From Lama glama (taxonomy: Eukaryota), in the NCBI GenBank assembly GCA_028534125.1, contig CM052816.1, positions 100,876,001 through 100,936,000 on the forward strand: a stretch of DNA of 60,000 nucleotides, in the 5' to 3' direction. The position numbers were made by a program, and so were the translations under genes. The notes below the pieces were generated by a model, which was not told where the DNA came from, searched no databases, and worked only from the letters and a program-made list of their open reading frames with translations. This document shows, piece by piece, positions 1-13,600 of this stretch; within the stretch, counting starts at the first letter, position 1, and every line of letters begins with the position of its first letter.

Positions 1-103
1 TGTGAATATACTTCACACTCCTGAGCTGCACACCTTAAAATGCTTAAGATCGTAACTTTCATGTTAAGTGCTTTTTATCACAATTTAACAAAATAAAAAA
101 TAA
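1..103 (+). mobile_element. 3' terminus of an old L1 (L1MB/L1ME-type) with A-rich tail
   Basis: tgtgaatatacttcacactcctgagctgcacaccttaaaatgcttaagatcgtaactttcatgttaagtg...cacaatttaacaaaataaaaaa matches my recall of the old-L1 3' end; truncated by the window edge. Confidence 0.7.
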
Positions 104-3100
104 AGTGACTTCAGTTAAAACAATTAGTGTGTAAACAATGTGTCACCTTTCTTAGCGCCACCGTTGTGCCAGAATGTGGCATCGATGACTAAGATGTTAG
201 GGGAATCCATAAGGGCTACTTATCTTAGATAAATAAGGTCTGCTACTGGTTTTTATCACAGCACGGCCAGGCATTTGAATAACAGAAAAAACGGTCTTCA
301 CCTGATTATCTCATTAAGTAATAAAATATTATATGTCATATAAGATGAAAAAGATGTCACCGTATTAGACATTCAAAGAAATTTCACCTGGTGGCTAGAA
401 AGCAAAACATAACAAAGTCAAACATTTAACAAAAGCACAGAGTACAGAATTGTTGCCAGCACCTTTGAAGGACCGTAGTAAGAGCTTCCTCGTAACGAGC
501 TGAATGGGCCTGGAGCTCAGGGTTCTACCGGACCTGAGACACGTGTGAAACGCTCTGAAGCCTGCTCAGACTTGTGTCTCCTTGTCAGTCTTTCCTGACG
601 CCCATCACACTTTTCTTCCAAGGACAGAGGTGACTACTCTCTCTAAAACCTGTGCTTTGGGCCCCTATTGCCCACTAGCCACTTAGTGTGGGGGCCAGGG
701 TGGCACTGCTCGCCTGAGGGCGAAGACACATGTGGCCCAGTGAGCAGGTCAGTGGGGAAAATGGAAAATGACGTATGAAGTACATGTGGAACGTGTGTGG
801 CGGGTGGAGGCAGAACAGAACTGCCCGGCGGCCTTGGAGGACAGCGCTCCCGCCACACGCACACGCACACGCCAACGTGGCTCCACGGTGCTGCTCTCGG
901 GGTGCCACGGGAACATGCCTGCGGTTTTGCAATAACCCTTTATCATCTACTGATCACAAATACATCAAGGGCTGTTAAATAAAAAACCAATAGTGCGAAA
1001 CTCAAAAACAACTTACAGAACGGTGGCGGTCACGTGTTCCGTTGTGACCAGGGCGTGTGACAGCTCCAGCCCCTCGTCTTCCCGGGCAGCTCTCGGCATG
1101 TGGGTGTGTTGAACCCTGGTCCCCTAACAGCTGCATAAGGCATCTCGCAGTGGTTTTAGTGTGTGTTTCCTTCGGACCTAATGGCGTCGATCGTTCTGCC
1201 GTGGGCGTGTTTACTGTCTACGCAGCTCCGAAGGAGACGCTCCACTCACACCTTTTGTGCATTTTCTATTGGGTGGCTCCCGTTGTACTGAGTTTTGAGA
1301 ATTATTTGCATATTCTTGGTACAAGTCCTTTGTCAATGTAAGGTGGCATTTTTTTTTTTCTGAAGACAAGCTGCCGGCCTGTCTGTTCACCAGGCTCCCA
1401 GCATCTGGCAGAGGACAGACGTTTTCACTTTCATGAAGCCTAATTCATCAGTTTCACTTTTCAAGACCATGCTTCTGATGGCATATTTAGGCACTCTTTG
1501 CCTGATTCAAAGTCACAAAGATTTTCTCCAACGATTCCTTCTAAGACTTCGTAAAGTTTTAGACTTCACATCCAAGTCTATAACCCATTTCTGTATGATG
1601 TGCCTATTACAGCTCATCTTCTTCATGTGGATATCTAACTGTTCCAGCGCCATTTCCAGAGAAGGCCGTCCTTTCTCTGCTAACTTGCCTTTGCGTCTTG
1701 TTGAAGCTCAGTCCTCTGCACACTCCCTCGTCCCCTTCAGCTAAACTGTTGTCTAACCTGCTGCCGCCCACTCTCGTGGTTACTGGAGCTTCAGGTCTTG
1801 AAGCAAGTTAGTGTCCCTCTTGTAACCTTGTCCTTCACCTTCAAAGTTGTTTTGACAATTCAAAGCCCTTTTTGTCAGTTTGTACAAAAATAAAAGCCTG
1901 CTCATAGGGATACCTCTGAATGTACCAACCTGGGAAGAAATGACATCTTAGCAACGTTGGATCCTTGGGGCCAGGCACACGTCTCCATCTGCTTAGGTGT
2001 TTCTTAATTTCTCTTAGCAACACTTCACACTTTTTAGAAGGTCTTGCACATTTTGGCCAGATGCAGTTGTAAATTTTTTGTGTCAGTTTCCAATAGTTTA
2101 TGGCACGAATGCAGAACCACGGTTGACACCTGTACACTGAGGCTGCGTCCTGCCACCTGCTCAGTTGCTTCTGAGCTTATGTAGCTTATTCGTGCATTTC
2201 ATAGGATCGCCTCCTACACAGACGATTGCGCCGTCTGAGGATAAAGGCAGTCTTGCGTCGCCACTTTGTCTGTTTTCTCTGCCTTTTTCAAACTCCCTGT
2301 GCTGGTGAGGCTGCAGCTCAGCGCCGAACAGGAGTAACAGAAGGGAACGTCCTTTTCAACTCACTGGTCTTAGAGGGAAAGCCTGCAGTGCGGCACAATT
2401 TACTATGTTGGGCATGGTTTTGTGTTTGGCTGATTGTTGATTTGTTGATTTTCACGTGGACCTCTATCAGCGTGAGGCCGTTTTCTTCTGTTCCGAGTTT
2501 GCTGAGAGTTTTCATCAGGAATTACTGTTGGTTTAAAAAAAAGTTTGGCAGGTATCGGGGTGACCATACTTCTTCTTCCATAGTGTGTCGGTGTGGTGAG
2601 TGACATCTATTAATTTTTTAATGTTAGGCCGAACTTGACTTCCTGGAATAGCACTGCTTTCTTGGACTGTACTGTCGTTTTCATATATCGCTGGATTCGA
2701 TTTGCTAAAATTGCGTTTAGAATCTCCGCACCTACTTTCGCGAGGGTTATCGGTCTGTAGTTTTGTTTACTTACAGCGTCTGTCGGATCTGGGTGTCAGA
2801 GCAACGCGGGCCTCGTGGCGCGAGTGCAGAAGAGTCCCCTCCGCTTCCGTTTTCTCTAGGTTCTGTAGAATCAGTGTTCTTTTTCCTTTAATCTTTGGTC
2901 GAATTTGTGAAGACATGTGGATCAAAATTTACTTTTTAAGGCTACTCACAGTTGTCTATTTTTGAATGAGATTTTGTAGTTTGTGCTTTTCAAGGATTTT
3001 TTTCCCATTTCATCCGAGTTGTAAACTTCATTGGAAGAAACTGTCTTACAATGTTCTCCCCTTGACCTGCTAACATCTGTCATAACAGAACTTTTCTCCC

Positions 3101-3117
3101 TCCTGGCGTCAGGCCTG

Positions 3118-3175
3118 CGTGTCTTTTCCCTTTTTTCCTAATCAATCGTGTCTTTTCCCTTTTTCCCTAATCAAC
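3118..3175. repeat. 29-bp tandem duplication inside the L1
   Basis: cgtgtcttttcccttttttcctaatcaat (3118-3146) followed by cgtgtcttttccctttttccctaatcaac (3147-3175). Confidence 0.9.
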
Positions 3176-6023
3176 CTGGCAACATTTTATCAATTGCATT
3201 GATCTCCTCAAAGACCCCACCCTTGGTTTCATTTAAATCTGTCTACTGTTCTCCCATTTTTTTATTACGTTGATTCCCTCTCTGCTTATTTCCTTTCTTC
3301 TACTTACTTTGGTTTAATTTGCTCTTCTTTTTCTAGTCTCTTACTGTAAAACCTGACCTCACTGATTCGGGACCTCCTTTTATTTCTCAAAGGCATCTGA
3401 CTCTGTAACTAACTCTCTCACTGCACCTCTTCCCACAGACTCCTTGTGGCCGCCACGGTTTCACCTTCGTTCCAGTTCAGCATGCTTCCTAATTCCACCT
3501 CGAGGGCTTCTTTAACCATGGGCTGCACAGACGTACGCCATCTACCTTCTAAATATCGGGGATTTTCAGGAGTTAATTCTGCTGGAGATTTCTAATCTCA
3601 TTCCACGGCAAGCAGAGAAGACATTTTGCACGACTTGAATCGTTTTAAATTATTAAGACTTGTTTCGTGGCCCAGGGTGTGGTCTATCTTGGTAAATGCT
3701 TTGTGTGTGTGAGAAGAATTCGGCTACAGTTCGCGGAGTTCTCTGTGAATGTAAATCAGGTAAACTAAACGATCGTGTTTTTTCAGATCTTCTATATCCT
3801 TACAGGTAATCCGCGTGCTTCTACGATCAATTACTGAAGTCTTCACCTGTGTTTATGGATTTGTCTGTATTTTCCATTACTATTAACTTTTGCTTCATCT
3901 GTTTTAAAGAATTATTATTATATACACACATGCTTAGGATTATTGCATCCTTTTGATGAAATCACATCTCCATCGTTGTGAATTAGTGATTTTTTTGCTC
4001 TGAAATCTACTTTGCCTGATACATTGCAGCTACGAAAATGCTAACATTCACAGTGTTATTGTGGTGTAGTTCTTACACGCTTTAACTTTTAATCTGTCTG
4101 TGTCTTTGTATTTAAAATGGTTTCTTCCTGTGATCACATACTTGAGTGTTTCTTTTTATCCAAGCTTATAATTATTGCATTCTAATTACGCTATTTAGAC
4201 CATTTACATCTAAGATGAGTATTGACATAATTAGGTTTCCATCTATTGCCATTCCTTTGGTTTCCGTCTGTCCCATCCCACATGCTGTCTTTTCTCTTTC
4301 TGTGCCCTTTTTGGATTAATCACATTTCATTTCCTATTTTACCTTTTTTGTTTGCTTATTAGCTACAGCTTTCAGCATTTCATTTCGTCTTTAGCCATTA
4401 GAGTTTACTGTATGGAGTTTCCCTTATTGGTCTACCGTTAAATTATGCCACTTAATGTAGAAATAAGAGCCTCCCATCCCTCGCCTTCCAGCCTCGTTCT
4501 GTTGTTTTCGTACCTTTCACACCTGCACATTAACCCACACGTGACCATCATTTTGGTTTTGACGGACAACTATTTTTCAAGAGATTTAAATGACAAGACG
4601 GTGTTTCAGAGACACCAGGGATGCAGTTGCCATTCCCGGTGCCCCCGCCCTTTGTGAGGCCACACATTCTCAATCTGGCACCATTTTCTGCTGTCGGAGG
4701 CCTTGTTTCACCTTCTTTGCACCTCAGGGCTGCTGCTGGTAAGTCTGCCGGCTTCCCTGTGTCTGAAGCTTTATTTCACTTTTGTTTTGAATGACAGTTT
4801 TGCTTCGTATAGACGTCTAGGTTGTTCGTTTTTCTTTCGAAACTTTAAAGACAGGGTTTTACTGTCCTCTCACCTGCCCGGTTTGCAGCGAGAAAACTAC
4901 AGCCTCCTTTTCCTGGCTCCTCTGTTCACAGCGTGTCTGCTCTGCCGGCCGCGCTAAGCTCTCCTCCGCATCGCTGCTGGCAAGCGTTTGGCCTTGGCGT
5001 GCCTTTGTGCGCTTCCCCGCATGCTCCCCGTAGCAGTGGTCTGCGAGCTTCTTGGGGGTGTATGTTCATAACTTTCTCTACATTTGGAAAATCGTGGTGA
5101 ACAGTTTCTTCAAACGCTTCTTCTGCTTCAACCCCTTTCTCCTTCGTGGACGCCAGTACACTGGGCTTGCCCGCACTGCTGGTATTTCATGTTCCACACA
5201 TGTTAGGCTGCTTGCGTGTGTCCCAGAGTTCACTAATGATCTGTTGCTCCCACCATTTTTTAAAATATTTGTATTGTCTGTGTTTCATTTTTGATAGTTT
5301 CAGTTGCTGCCTTCAAGTTCACTATCTTTTCTTCTGAAAAAACTAACTGGCTGTTGATTCCATTCAGTGTATTTTTCATCTTAGATACAGTATTTTTCAC
5401 ACCTAGGTTCACTTAGGTCTTTTTCACATTATCCATGTGTTTCTCTTTGACTTTCTGAACAACTAGAATTAGGTTATAGCTGTTTAATATCTTTGCTCAC
5501 TCCAACATCTGTGTCCTGCTTTGGCTTCAAACGATTACTTTTCCCCCTCATCATGGGCCACAGGTCTCTGCCTTATGCACGCCAGCAGTTTGTTTTATTG
5601 AACGTCGCAGAGGGTGAATTTTAGCTTGTTAGGTGCGGCGTATTTCTGTGTTGCTAAACATTCTCAGGCTGAGCTCTGGGGCCACACTAAATTCCTTGGC
5701 TCTCCCTTTAAGATTCGGCAGGCAGGGCTGGCGGACCGCTTGGTCGGGGTCTCAGTGTGCCGCGCTGGTGTGAGGGCTGTAACGGCTCGTCTGCTGCAAG
5801 TCCTGTGAAACTGGAGGCTTCTCTCTGCCTGGCAGGAGCACCCCCCATCTCAGGAGTCGCTGTTCACGCTGAGTCTTTGGGTGCTTCTGGCCCATCTTCA
5901 CTGTTTCCCTCACGCACACGGGCTGGCCGCCTCCCTGCCTGCTGTCGCTGCACACCCAAGGGTGACCCTCAGTGTCTGAGCAGTGCTCACGCGCCCGCTC
6001 ATGCTCTCTGCCCCTCTCGCTCC

Positions 6024-6040
6024 CTCTCTCTCTCTCTCTC
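6024..6040. repeat. Short (CT)n microsatellite
   Basis: ctctctctctctctctc read directly. Confidence 0.85.
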
Positions 6041-6319
6041 CCTGGTACTGTCTTCTGCTCTGTGGCTGCCAAACTCGCATCTCCAGCCCCTCCACTCGGC
6101 AAGCCCCTCCCTGTGCCACACGCAGAGCTGTCCAGACAGCCAGCTGCACGATGCTGGGCCCACCTCGCTTGCGTCCAGTACCCCAGAGCCAGTGCTCCTC
6201 ATCGTGCTTTGAGAACTTCTGCTTCTTCAGTGTTTTGAAAACCTGTCTGCATTTTCCTCAGGCGTGAGGGTAAACCCACTCTGTGTCACTTCGGGTTGGG
6301 AGGGAGCGGCAGCCCCTTT

Positions 6320-7700
6320 CTTTTTGCTTTTTAATAAATGCTTTTTTTCGGAACAATTTTAGACTAAGAGAAAATCGTGAGGACAGGAGGGAGAGTGCTC
6401 AGACACTGCACGCCAGGGGCTCGTGTTAACAGCTTCCATCCTTACGGTGTATGTGTTTGCATGAATGAACCAATATTGACACATTATTATTAACTAAAGC
6501 ACTTGTTTAATTTTGGTTCCTTAGATATCTTCGTGCTGCTACAGGATTCTGTGTAAGCTACCACGTACCTTTAGCTACCATGTCTCTTCAGACTTCTCAG
6601 GTGATGGTTTCTCACACTTCCCCTGTTTTTGATGATCTGGGCAGTTCTGAGGAGCACGGGTCAGGTGTCTTATAGAACGGCCTTCCATGGGGATGTGTTT
6701 TGGTTTTTTTTTTTTTAATAATTAAACTGGGGTTATGGGCTTGGGGGAAAGAGCACCGAGGAAAATTGCCATTTTCATCACGTTGTACCAAGTGTATACA
6801 CTGCTGACGTGACATGACTACTGAGGTCGAACTTGATCCCCTGGCTGAGGTCGTGCCCACCAGGCCCGTCCACTCTCCTCCTCTGCACACCGTAGCCTGT
6901 GCAAGAGGTCACTGCTCAGCCCACCCTCAAGGCACAGAGGGTTGTGCTTCACCTGCATGAGGGCAAAGCAGCTACACACTGTTGACCTTGAACAGCATGG
7001 GTTTGAACTGCGAGGATCAACTTCTGTGTGGCTCTTTTTCAGTAGTAAGAGCTAGAGCACCACACAGCCCACGGCCAGGTGGACACAGAGGGACCCTGTA
7101 CGCACATGGGGGAAGCCGACTGCGCAACTGTATGCAGGTCGTCCGCCATGCAGAGGGCTGGCGCCCCAAGCCCCACTTTGTTCAAGGGTCCACGGTGTAT
7201 GACTTTGACTCTGCAGGAGCTTTGTCTCTTCTCTCCTGTTCAGTTTTTGATGCAGCCAATTATTTATATCACTGTAGACTCATGGGTATTTATTTTATAT
7301 TTGGGTTATAATCCAATGCTACTTTTCTTCTTGCTCTAAACTCCAGTTTGTCCCGTTGGCATTCCTTCACTTTGTTCCCGTGTCCCTTCAATGGGCTCCC
7401 ATCATTGTGGCCTTTTCTTTGCCTGGGGTTTGGGGGCTGTTTATTCAATTTTTTTAAGCACTTTCTTACTTTCTGGCGCCACCAGATGCTCCAGGCTGAT
7501 CCTGACCAATTCGTCCCCTGGTTCCTTCCCTGGAGGACGGCGCTGCAAAGGGCTGGGCCTGAGCCGTGCTCACTGCTGCCGGGCCGCCCTGCTTCTAGGA
7601 CCGCTTGGCCGACTCAGAAGAAAATTTCACATATGTACCAGCCCGTTTATGTTCGCGCATCTGTGAACACATCTACACGTTTGCTCTCGGGAAGGCAAGC
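6320..7700 (-). mobile_element. L1MC-type 3' UTR fragment, interrupted by a Tigger2-type element
   Basis: tgaaccaatattgacacattattattaactaaag and tttttgatgatctgggcagttctgaggagcacgggtcagg match my recall of the antisense L1MC 3' end; similarity resumes after about 7200. Confidence 0.8.
6979..7195. mobile_element. Non-autonomous Tigger2-derived (MER8/Tigger2a-like) DNA transposon
   Basis: Imperfect terminal inverted repeats ctgttgaccttgaacagc ... ttgttcaagggtccacgg (consensus CAGTTGACCCTTGAACAA); internal gggtttgaactgcg; about 217 bp. Confidence 0.8.
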
Positions 7701-10700
7701 TGGTCCCGTGTGAATCCAGGCACCTGCTTCCCCTCTGGTCTCAGGACGCTGTGGACAGGGCGGCACCACGGACTCAGGAGACACCCTCTGCGCGGCCTCC
7801 CTGCTGCTCCACTCCCGTGGCAGCCCCTCGGACCGCAGGCGCCAGCCCAGCACAGCCTGGGCGCAGAGCAGCCGCCGGCAGGAGGGCCGGCTGCGGAGCT
7901 GCACGGTGTTTCACAGCTTCCGCCGTGAGAAGATGGTGATGATGCCAGTCCTGACAGCCTGCTTTCACTGCAGGTTCACAAGGGACACTGGTTTCGGTCG
8001 AGCTCATTGGGTTGGAGTAAGAAATGCAAATAAATTAGCAGCTTCCTTGTATAACTTTTGTATCGATTCGAAGATAAAGCCTGATGGGGCATAATCTCCA
8101 GGAGTTAGAAACATCCAAAGACCAAAGAGTGGCGATGCCTCCCGCGGCCTCGCGGCGGCCGAGGGGGACACACGGCGCTCTTGTCCGTCTTGCTTCAGGC
8201 CAGGGCGGCTTTCAGGGAAGGAAACACGCGCCGAATCACCAAGCCCTTAAGGCAGCACCGCTGCCCGTAACCCGTTAGTGCGCCTCGAGCAGAGGCTTTC
8301 TCGGTCCCTGGACTGCGGGCCTGGGCGGCGGCCGGAGCAGGTCCCCCAGGGGAGCGTGGCCTTCGGGCGGCAGCGGCGGCCTCAGCATGCTGACAGCCTC
8401 TGGTGGCTAAAGATGACTCCTGACCCGGGCCCTCCGCACACTGACACTCGCAGGTGAATTTTCTTTACCTTTTATTGTAATCTGTAGCCAAAACCATATA
8501 AAATCTGGTCAAAGTGGACATAATTCAATTACAACTTGGATTATTTTTTGCCAAGTTAAGATTTTCCAGTGCGCCAGCCCTGGTTAGCGGCCACAGAGGC
8601 ACCACTGAAGCGTCGCTCTGTGAGCCTGGCTGAGACGCACTCGCTCGGCTTTGATCGACTGCACGTCATCACCACTGCGTAACAGGCACAGCCGAGCTCG
8701 AGGCTCAGACCAAAGCGCGTCCGCCTCCTGCAGTCAGTGGTTTGGCTGGACTGCCTCCCACTGCGCCTGGTCGGTGGCCAGCGGGGCTTCCTTCAGTCGG
8801 GGGGTCGGGGGGACCGCAGGCACGGCAGCCCCTCTCTGTGTGACTGTATCTTATTAATATAACACAGTTTTATATAATTCATATACAATTAAGAATGAAT
8901 GGTGGAACTTTGTTAATTGTGAAGCTGTTATAGTAAAATTACCAACATGCCCATTACTAGGATTAAGGACTACTGAAATACTGAGCTGTCCGGGCCGAGG
9001 CCAGCAGACCACCTCTGGACCTCGGCATCCCATGGAAACGTGCTGCCAGCATCAGCTGGACCTCCCGGGCCCGGCCGCCTACGTCCACCAGTAAAGCACG
9101 CACAGGTGCCGCAGGTTGTTTGTGAGCGCAGCAGGAGCGAGCAGCGTGGCCAGTCCATGTGGAGTAAGCGTGCAGAGGCGCCCGGAGGGGACGGACAGGC
9201 CCAGGGCTGTGGGTCACAGGGGGGTTGGCTGCCTCACCGAAGGCGTCTTTTCCCAGAAGGCAGTGGGTGTCTAGACTCCAGGAAGACGTAACAGGACCAC
9301 TCGTGACACATGCGAAAGGGCTGTGTCTTCTGTGCATTTGGTACCTGCTGGCGGTCAGGCCACTTGTCCCAAGACAAGAGGAGGGAGCAGGGCAGGAAGA
9401 TGTGACGCGAGGATCTCTCAACACCCTCCGGGTTTGGCCCCGCGGCCTCTGTCCTCTGGAAAGCCCCAGGACATACCTGTTTTGAGAACAGCAGCTTCCC
9501 GTTAGCTAGTGACAGACTTGGGGAGTGGAAGGCGGTGGTCCTTTCCCCGCAGTACCCAGCAGAGAAGCAGAGTGGCCGGAGCCCACGGCAGTGAGCAGCT
9601 GCTCCAGGCTCACAAACTGGCAGTGGCGGTGGTCCAGAGGTTTCACTGACCAACAGACTCCTCGGACACCAGCCCATGCCAGGCTACCCAGGAAAGTCCG
9701 ATCATTCCATTACCATCAGGATCTGGGGTTATGCTAAACAGAAATATCCCATTCTCAGCTGGAAGCACTCATTCGGCAGAGGTCCCGAGCAGAGGGACCG
9801 GCCAGGCACTTTGAGAGGGAAGGGCTGAGCAGGAGATGGGTAGAGGCAGGTGGGGTTGGAGACGGGTGGGGTGCTTTTGCCCCCACTTCCTCACACCTCG
9901 TAGGCTTCACGGACACGCCTGATGCTGCAGCAGCTGGATGACAGGTCCCAGGCCTGGGAGATGAATGGGGGCGCTGAGCCTGGTGACCCCGGGACGGCCC
10001 CCATCTCTGCATGGCGCAGCCGCTCCGGCGGATGGGTCCTAACAAGGTGCCCTCGGGGCCACCACACCAAGGCCATCCGTCACCATCACCGGCAAGGACC
10101 GACAGGACGGGGCCTTTGGGACGCCCTAAGCTCTGCTGGAGGACACGGTCGGAGGCTACAGCTGGACGCTAAGTGGAGAGTCTTGATGAGGTGACAGGTC
10201 TCCCTGCTGACACCCAGGGGAGCAGCATTTCCTGAACGCTGGCGAGCGGGGCTGGGGGTCCGTCATTCGCTATCAGCCTTGGTATCTGGGAGGATAAAAG
10301 TCCACCTGCCCGGCTCCCTGCTGGCGTTCCTCCAAGGGCAGGGCCGGCATCAGAGAGTCAAGGAGTCCAGGGGCCACACGGCGGTTTCGTGAGGCACCCA
10401 CGCTTCTGCTCACAGGCTGCCCGCAGGTGCGACCCGTGCCAGGAATGCCCAGGATGCTTAAGAATCTTTGTAAAAGAAAGATGGTCAGTTACTGAAATGG
10501 AGGATCACAGATCACTCTTTTGAGAGAGCTTCTCAAACGAAATTGTTACAGCGCAGAAAAGTGAATGAGAGGAGGTCTCAAGGGGGATTCCTCTGTCCAG
10601 AGGGAACTTCCCCAATGGGCTGCTCAGCTTCTCTCGTGATGTCCTTCCCTGAGGTAAGTGTTCCTTTGTCCTCTAGGGCTGGGACGGTGGCCGAGGGTGG

Positions 10701-11794
10701 GGCCCCCGTGCGGGAGACGCTGGGCGCGGGGCAGTGGGCAGGAAAGGACAGTGTCTCTGCCCTTTTTGGCTGACAGTTGTAAACTCGCCTGCAGCTGGAA
10801 GGAGCCACCAGAGAGCCCGTGTGCGCTGACCCAGCTTCTCTGTGGGGGGTTAACCATGAGCCGCGTGTGGGACCCCCCCGGGTCCTGCTCCCGGGGACAG
10901 GTCCTCACGTCTCGAGCCCCCAGTGGCCCCGGCAGTCGGCCCGGACCCGGCCTGGGCTCGGAGGCAGGACCCCCGGGAACCTGGGCTGTGAACATCAAGG
11001 TGCAAGACGTCCTCTGACTGCTTGTCATCCAGGAGGTCCACTAACTGCGTTTGGAGGCCGCAGTGGGTGCTGCTGCCAGCGCCCCGGCGGGCGGAGCGCG
11101 GGGGTTCCCCAGGGACCTGAGCGTCTGCTCAGCCCCCGCGTCTTCACACCAGGCGGGGCTGGGCCCCTCCAGGTGGCACTTCCCTGCCATCAGGGACAGG
11201 GCTGGTGGGGAGAGGGAGCCCAGGGCACCGCCTGCCCGCAGAAAGCCTGACCCTCCATCCCAAAACGCAGAAGACTCTTGGGGCTGAGCTCAGGGTCGGG
11301 GCCACGTCGTCCCCCTTGGAAGGCAACCAAGGAAACAGAGGCCGCGAATAACCCACAGGCCCCACCCTTCTCTCCACGCTTGGAGAACAGCCGTGGACTT
11401 GGGAAGTTCCGTGTTTCTAGTGGCGCTGGGTGAAGCTCCTCCCCGGTCAGGGTCTCCCGCTCAGGGCCGTGGGGTCGAGACGCGAGAAGCAGCGGGCTGG
11501 CGGCTTTCGATGACTTGATGTTGTCACAGGAGGAAAACACAAAGAAATGTCTTGAAAACTCCTTTTTGCTTCCTGAATTTTTAAATTCTTGGTTATTGCA
11601 AGAACTGCCCAAAAAGGATCAGTCAGCCCAGACGAGCCGCAGAGAAGGTCCACTGACGACCCCTGACCGCCCCTCGGCCAGGTGCAGTGGAAGGGGGCCA
11701 ACGCCACGTGCCGCGGGTTGAGGACCACCAGCTGCCTGAGGCTTTCATCCTTGCCCCGACTGATTCAGACATGTCAACATTAGAAATGAAACCT

Positions 11795-12620
11795 TATTGC
11801 AGTTACAGTGATTGGAGGTATAACTGAGATACAACAAGTGTTACCAATTTGAAGTTCACGGTTCACATACAGCAGCAGGTCCACTTCCACAGTGAAGTGG
11901 CACGATGTTCTCACCGGTCCAAGAGCCCCTGGAGCCCGGTCTCCATCTGTCTTCTCCCCCCTCCCCCGAGCGCCAGGGAGCGATGAACAACATATGTATC
12001 ACACTGCATTTTCTAGAATTTTGTATGTAGCCTCTGGCCAGCGTTTTTCGCTCAGCTTGGTGATTCCAAGGCCACTCCATCCTGCTGCCTATGTTAGCAG
12101 TGCGTTTCTTCTCGCCGCCGCTGCATCGTACTTCACTGTGGGTCTCAGTCGTGATTTGTTTATTTCCTTCTTGAAGAACACTTGCGTTGTCCCCCGGTTT
12201 TGATTATTACAACAAAAGCGTCTGGGAAGATTCACGCGCAAGTCTTTGTGAGGACGTGTCTTCACTGCTTTTGGATGAGTCCCTGGAGTGCAATCCTAAT
12301 GGGCCCGGTGAGGCCGTGTCTGCCCGGGAAGGCGCCGCTGCAGCTCCCGGAGCAGCTGGGCTGCCTCGCAGCCCCGGCAGCAGGCTGAGAACGGAGGCCG
12401 CTCCTGGTCGCCCTCAGCGTCCCGGTGTCTCCGTTTTCCGGGTTCCACTGGCGAGCGATGCCGCCTGGGCGAGGTTTTAACTTACATCTCCGAGGGACGG
12501 GAGGGTACAGGCCATTCAGATGGCCCCCGCTGTGAAGTGCGTTTGCTGACCTTGGCCCGTTTGCTGAGCTCTGTTTTGTCACCACACTGCGCTATGAGGG
12601 CCTCTGACTGTGCCCACCGC
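11795..12620 (-). mobile_element. Old L1 (L1MB/L1ME) 3' end fragment, GC-shifted
   Basis: ttggaggtataactgagatacaacaagtg..., tttttcgctcagc..., ttcacgcgcaagtctttgtgaggac follow the antisense old-L1 3' end layout. Confidence 0.65.
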
Positions 12621-13308
12621 GGTCGGAGCGCGTTTTCTTACGATTTAATCTTTTCTCTCTTCCTGGGACTTGTTTTAAGGCCCAGCATGGTCTCTCTTGA
12701 TAAATGTTCGCCGTTTTCTTTTAAAAAGAGGAGAAAAGGCCAATTAGAAATCCTATGTCCAAGTGAGAATCTTGGGGAAAAATAGAAAATTGATCCTTCT
12801 TGAGAGACTATTAAGTTAAAGCTTGGCGTCTGCTGCCTTCCCAGGGTCGGTTGCTCATGCTGTCAGCTTGCCCGTCAGGACTTCGTGGGAGCAGAGGGAC
12901 GCACAGTGGGAGCTCCGGGGCTCACACGCATGCCCGCTGGGGGGGCGGCAAGGATGAGGTTGTGCGGCCCTGAACGTGGTGTTGGCAGCAGGCGCCCATA
13001 GGTGGACTCTGCGTCCTTCATGGAAGTGATTGCCTGGAGTGTTTCCGTGCCAAACCAGGGAAGACACACAAAGGTGAGCTGGCAAAATCCCCCACCTTCT
13101 CAGGCCCACACTCCCAGCATCGCTGGGCTCAGCTTCTTGGCTTCAGACACGTGTGTTGTGAAAATCCGCCCACAAAACCTGGGCCCGGACCGAGGCTCAG
13201 GGCAGCCCGGCCCCGCCTGGCCAGCAGAAGGGGTGCGGGGCGGCTCCTCGGCCGCGTCTCGGCTGCTTGAGGAACACCGCAGCGACGGGGGTGTCGATGT
13301 CACTGCGT

Positions 13309-13600
13309 CTGGATAAATAATTTAATTCTTTTAGGAACGCCCACACTGTTTTGGATAGTGGCTGCACCAATTTACCCCCCCACCAAAAGTGAACAAGGGC
13401 ACCCTTTTCCCCACATCCTCGCCAGCACGTGTTATTGGCAGTCCCTTTGGTAGCAGCCATCCGGACAGGCGTGGGCTGGTGCCTCATGCGGCCGTGACTT
13501 GTGTTTCCCTGGTGATCAGAGGTGCCGGGCACCCTTCCCCGCGCCAGCTGGCCGTCGGCATGTCATCTCTGAAACGACGTCTATTCAGGCTTTGCCCACT
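13309..13600 (-). mobile_element. L1 ORF2 C-terminal fragment
   Basis: Minus frame MRHQPTPVRMAATKGTANNTCWRGCGEKGALVHFWWGGKLVQPLSKTVWAFLKEL aligns by eye to L1 ORF2p [55 protein letters not shown]. Confidence 0.92.

Larger units (their letters stand above)
990..6311 (-). mobile_element. Long decayed ancient L1 (L1M4/L1ME-like): 5' end, ORF1 and ORF2 remnants
   Basis: T-rich plus strand. Minus-strand frames contain ORF2-like peptides (1841..2137 LLREIKKHLSRWRRVP vs LLKEIKEDTNKWKNIP; 2318..2515 MKTLSKLGTEENGL vs MLKTLNKLGIDG). 6130-6311 (gggtaaacccactctgtgtcacttcgggttgggagggagcggcag) resembles the antisense L1M 5' end. Many stops and frameshifts. Confidence 0.85.

Noticed and set aside
10601..10659. 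Possible 53-bp exon (tccag acceptor, GAG|gtaagt donor); similar isolated donors near 15547, 19020 and 35963
   Set aside because: No recognisable peptide and no chain of frame-compatible exons. Isolated splice consensus matches are common, though lncRNA exons cannot be excluded.
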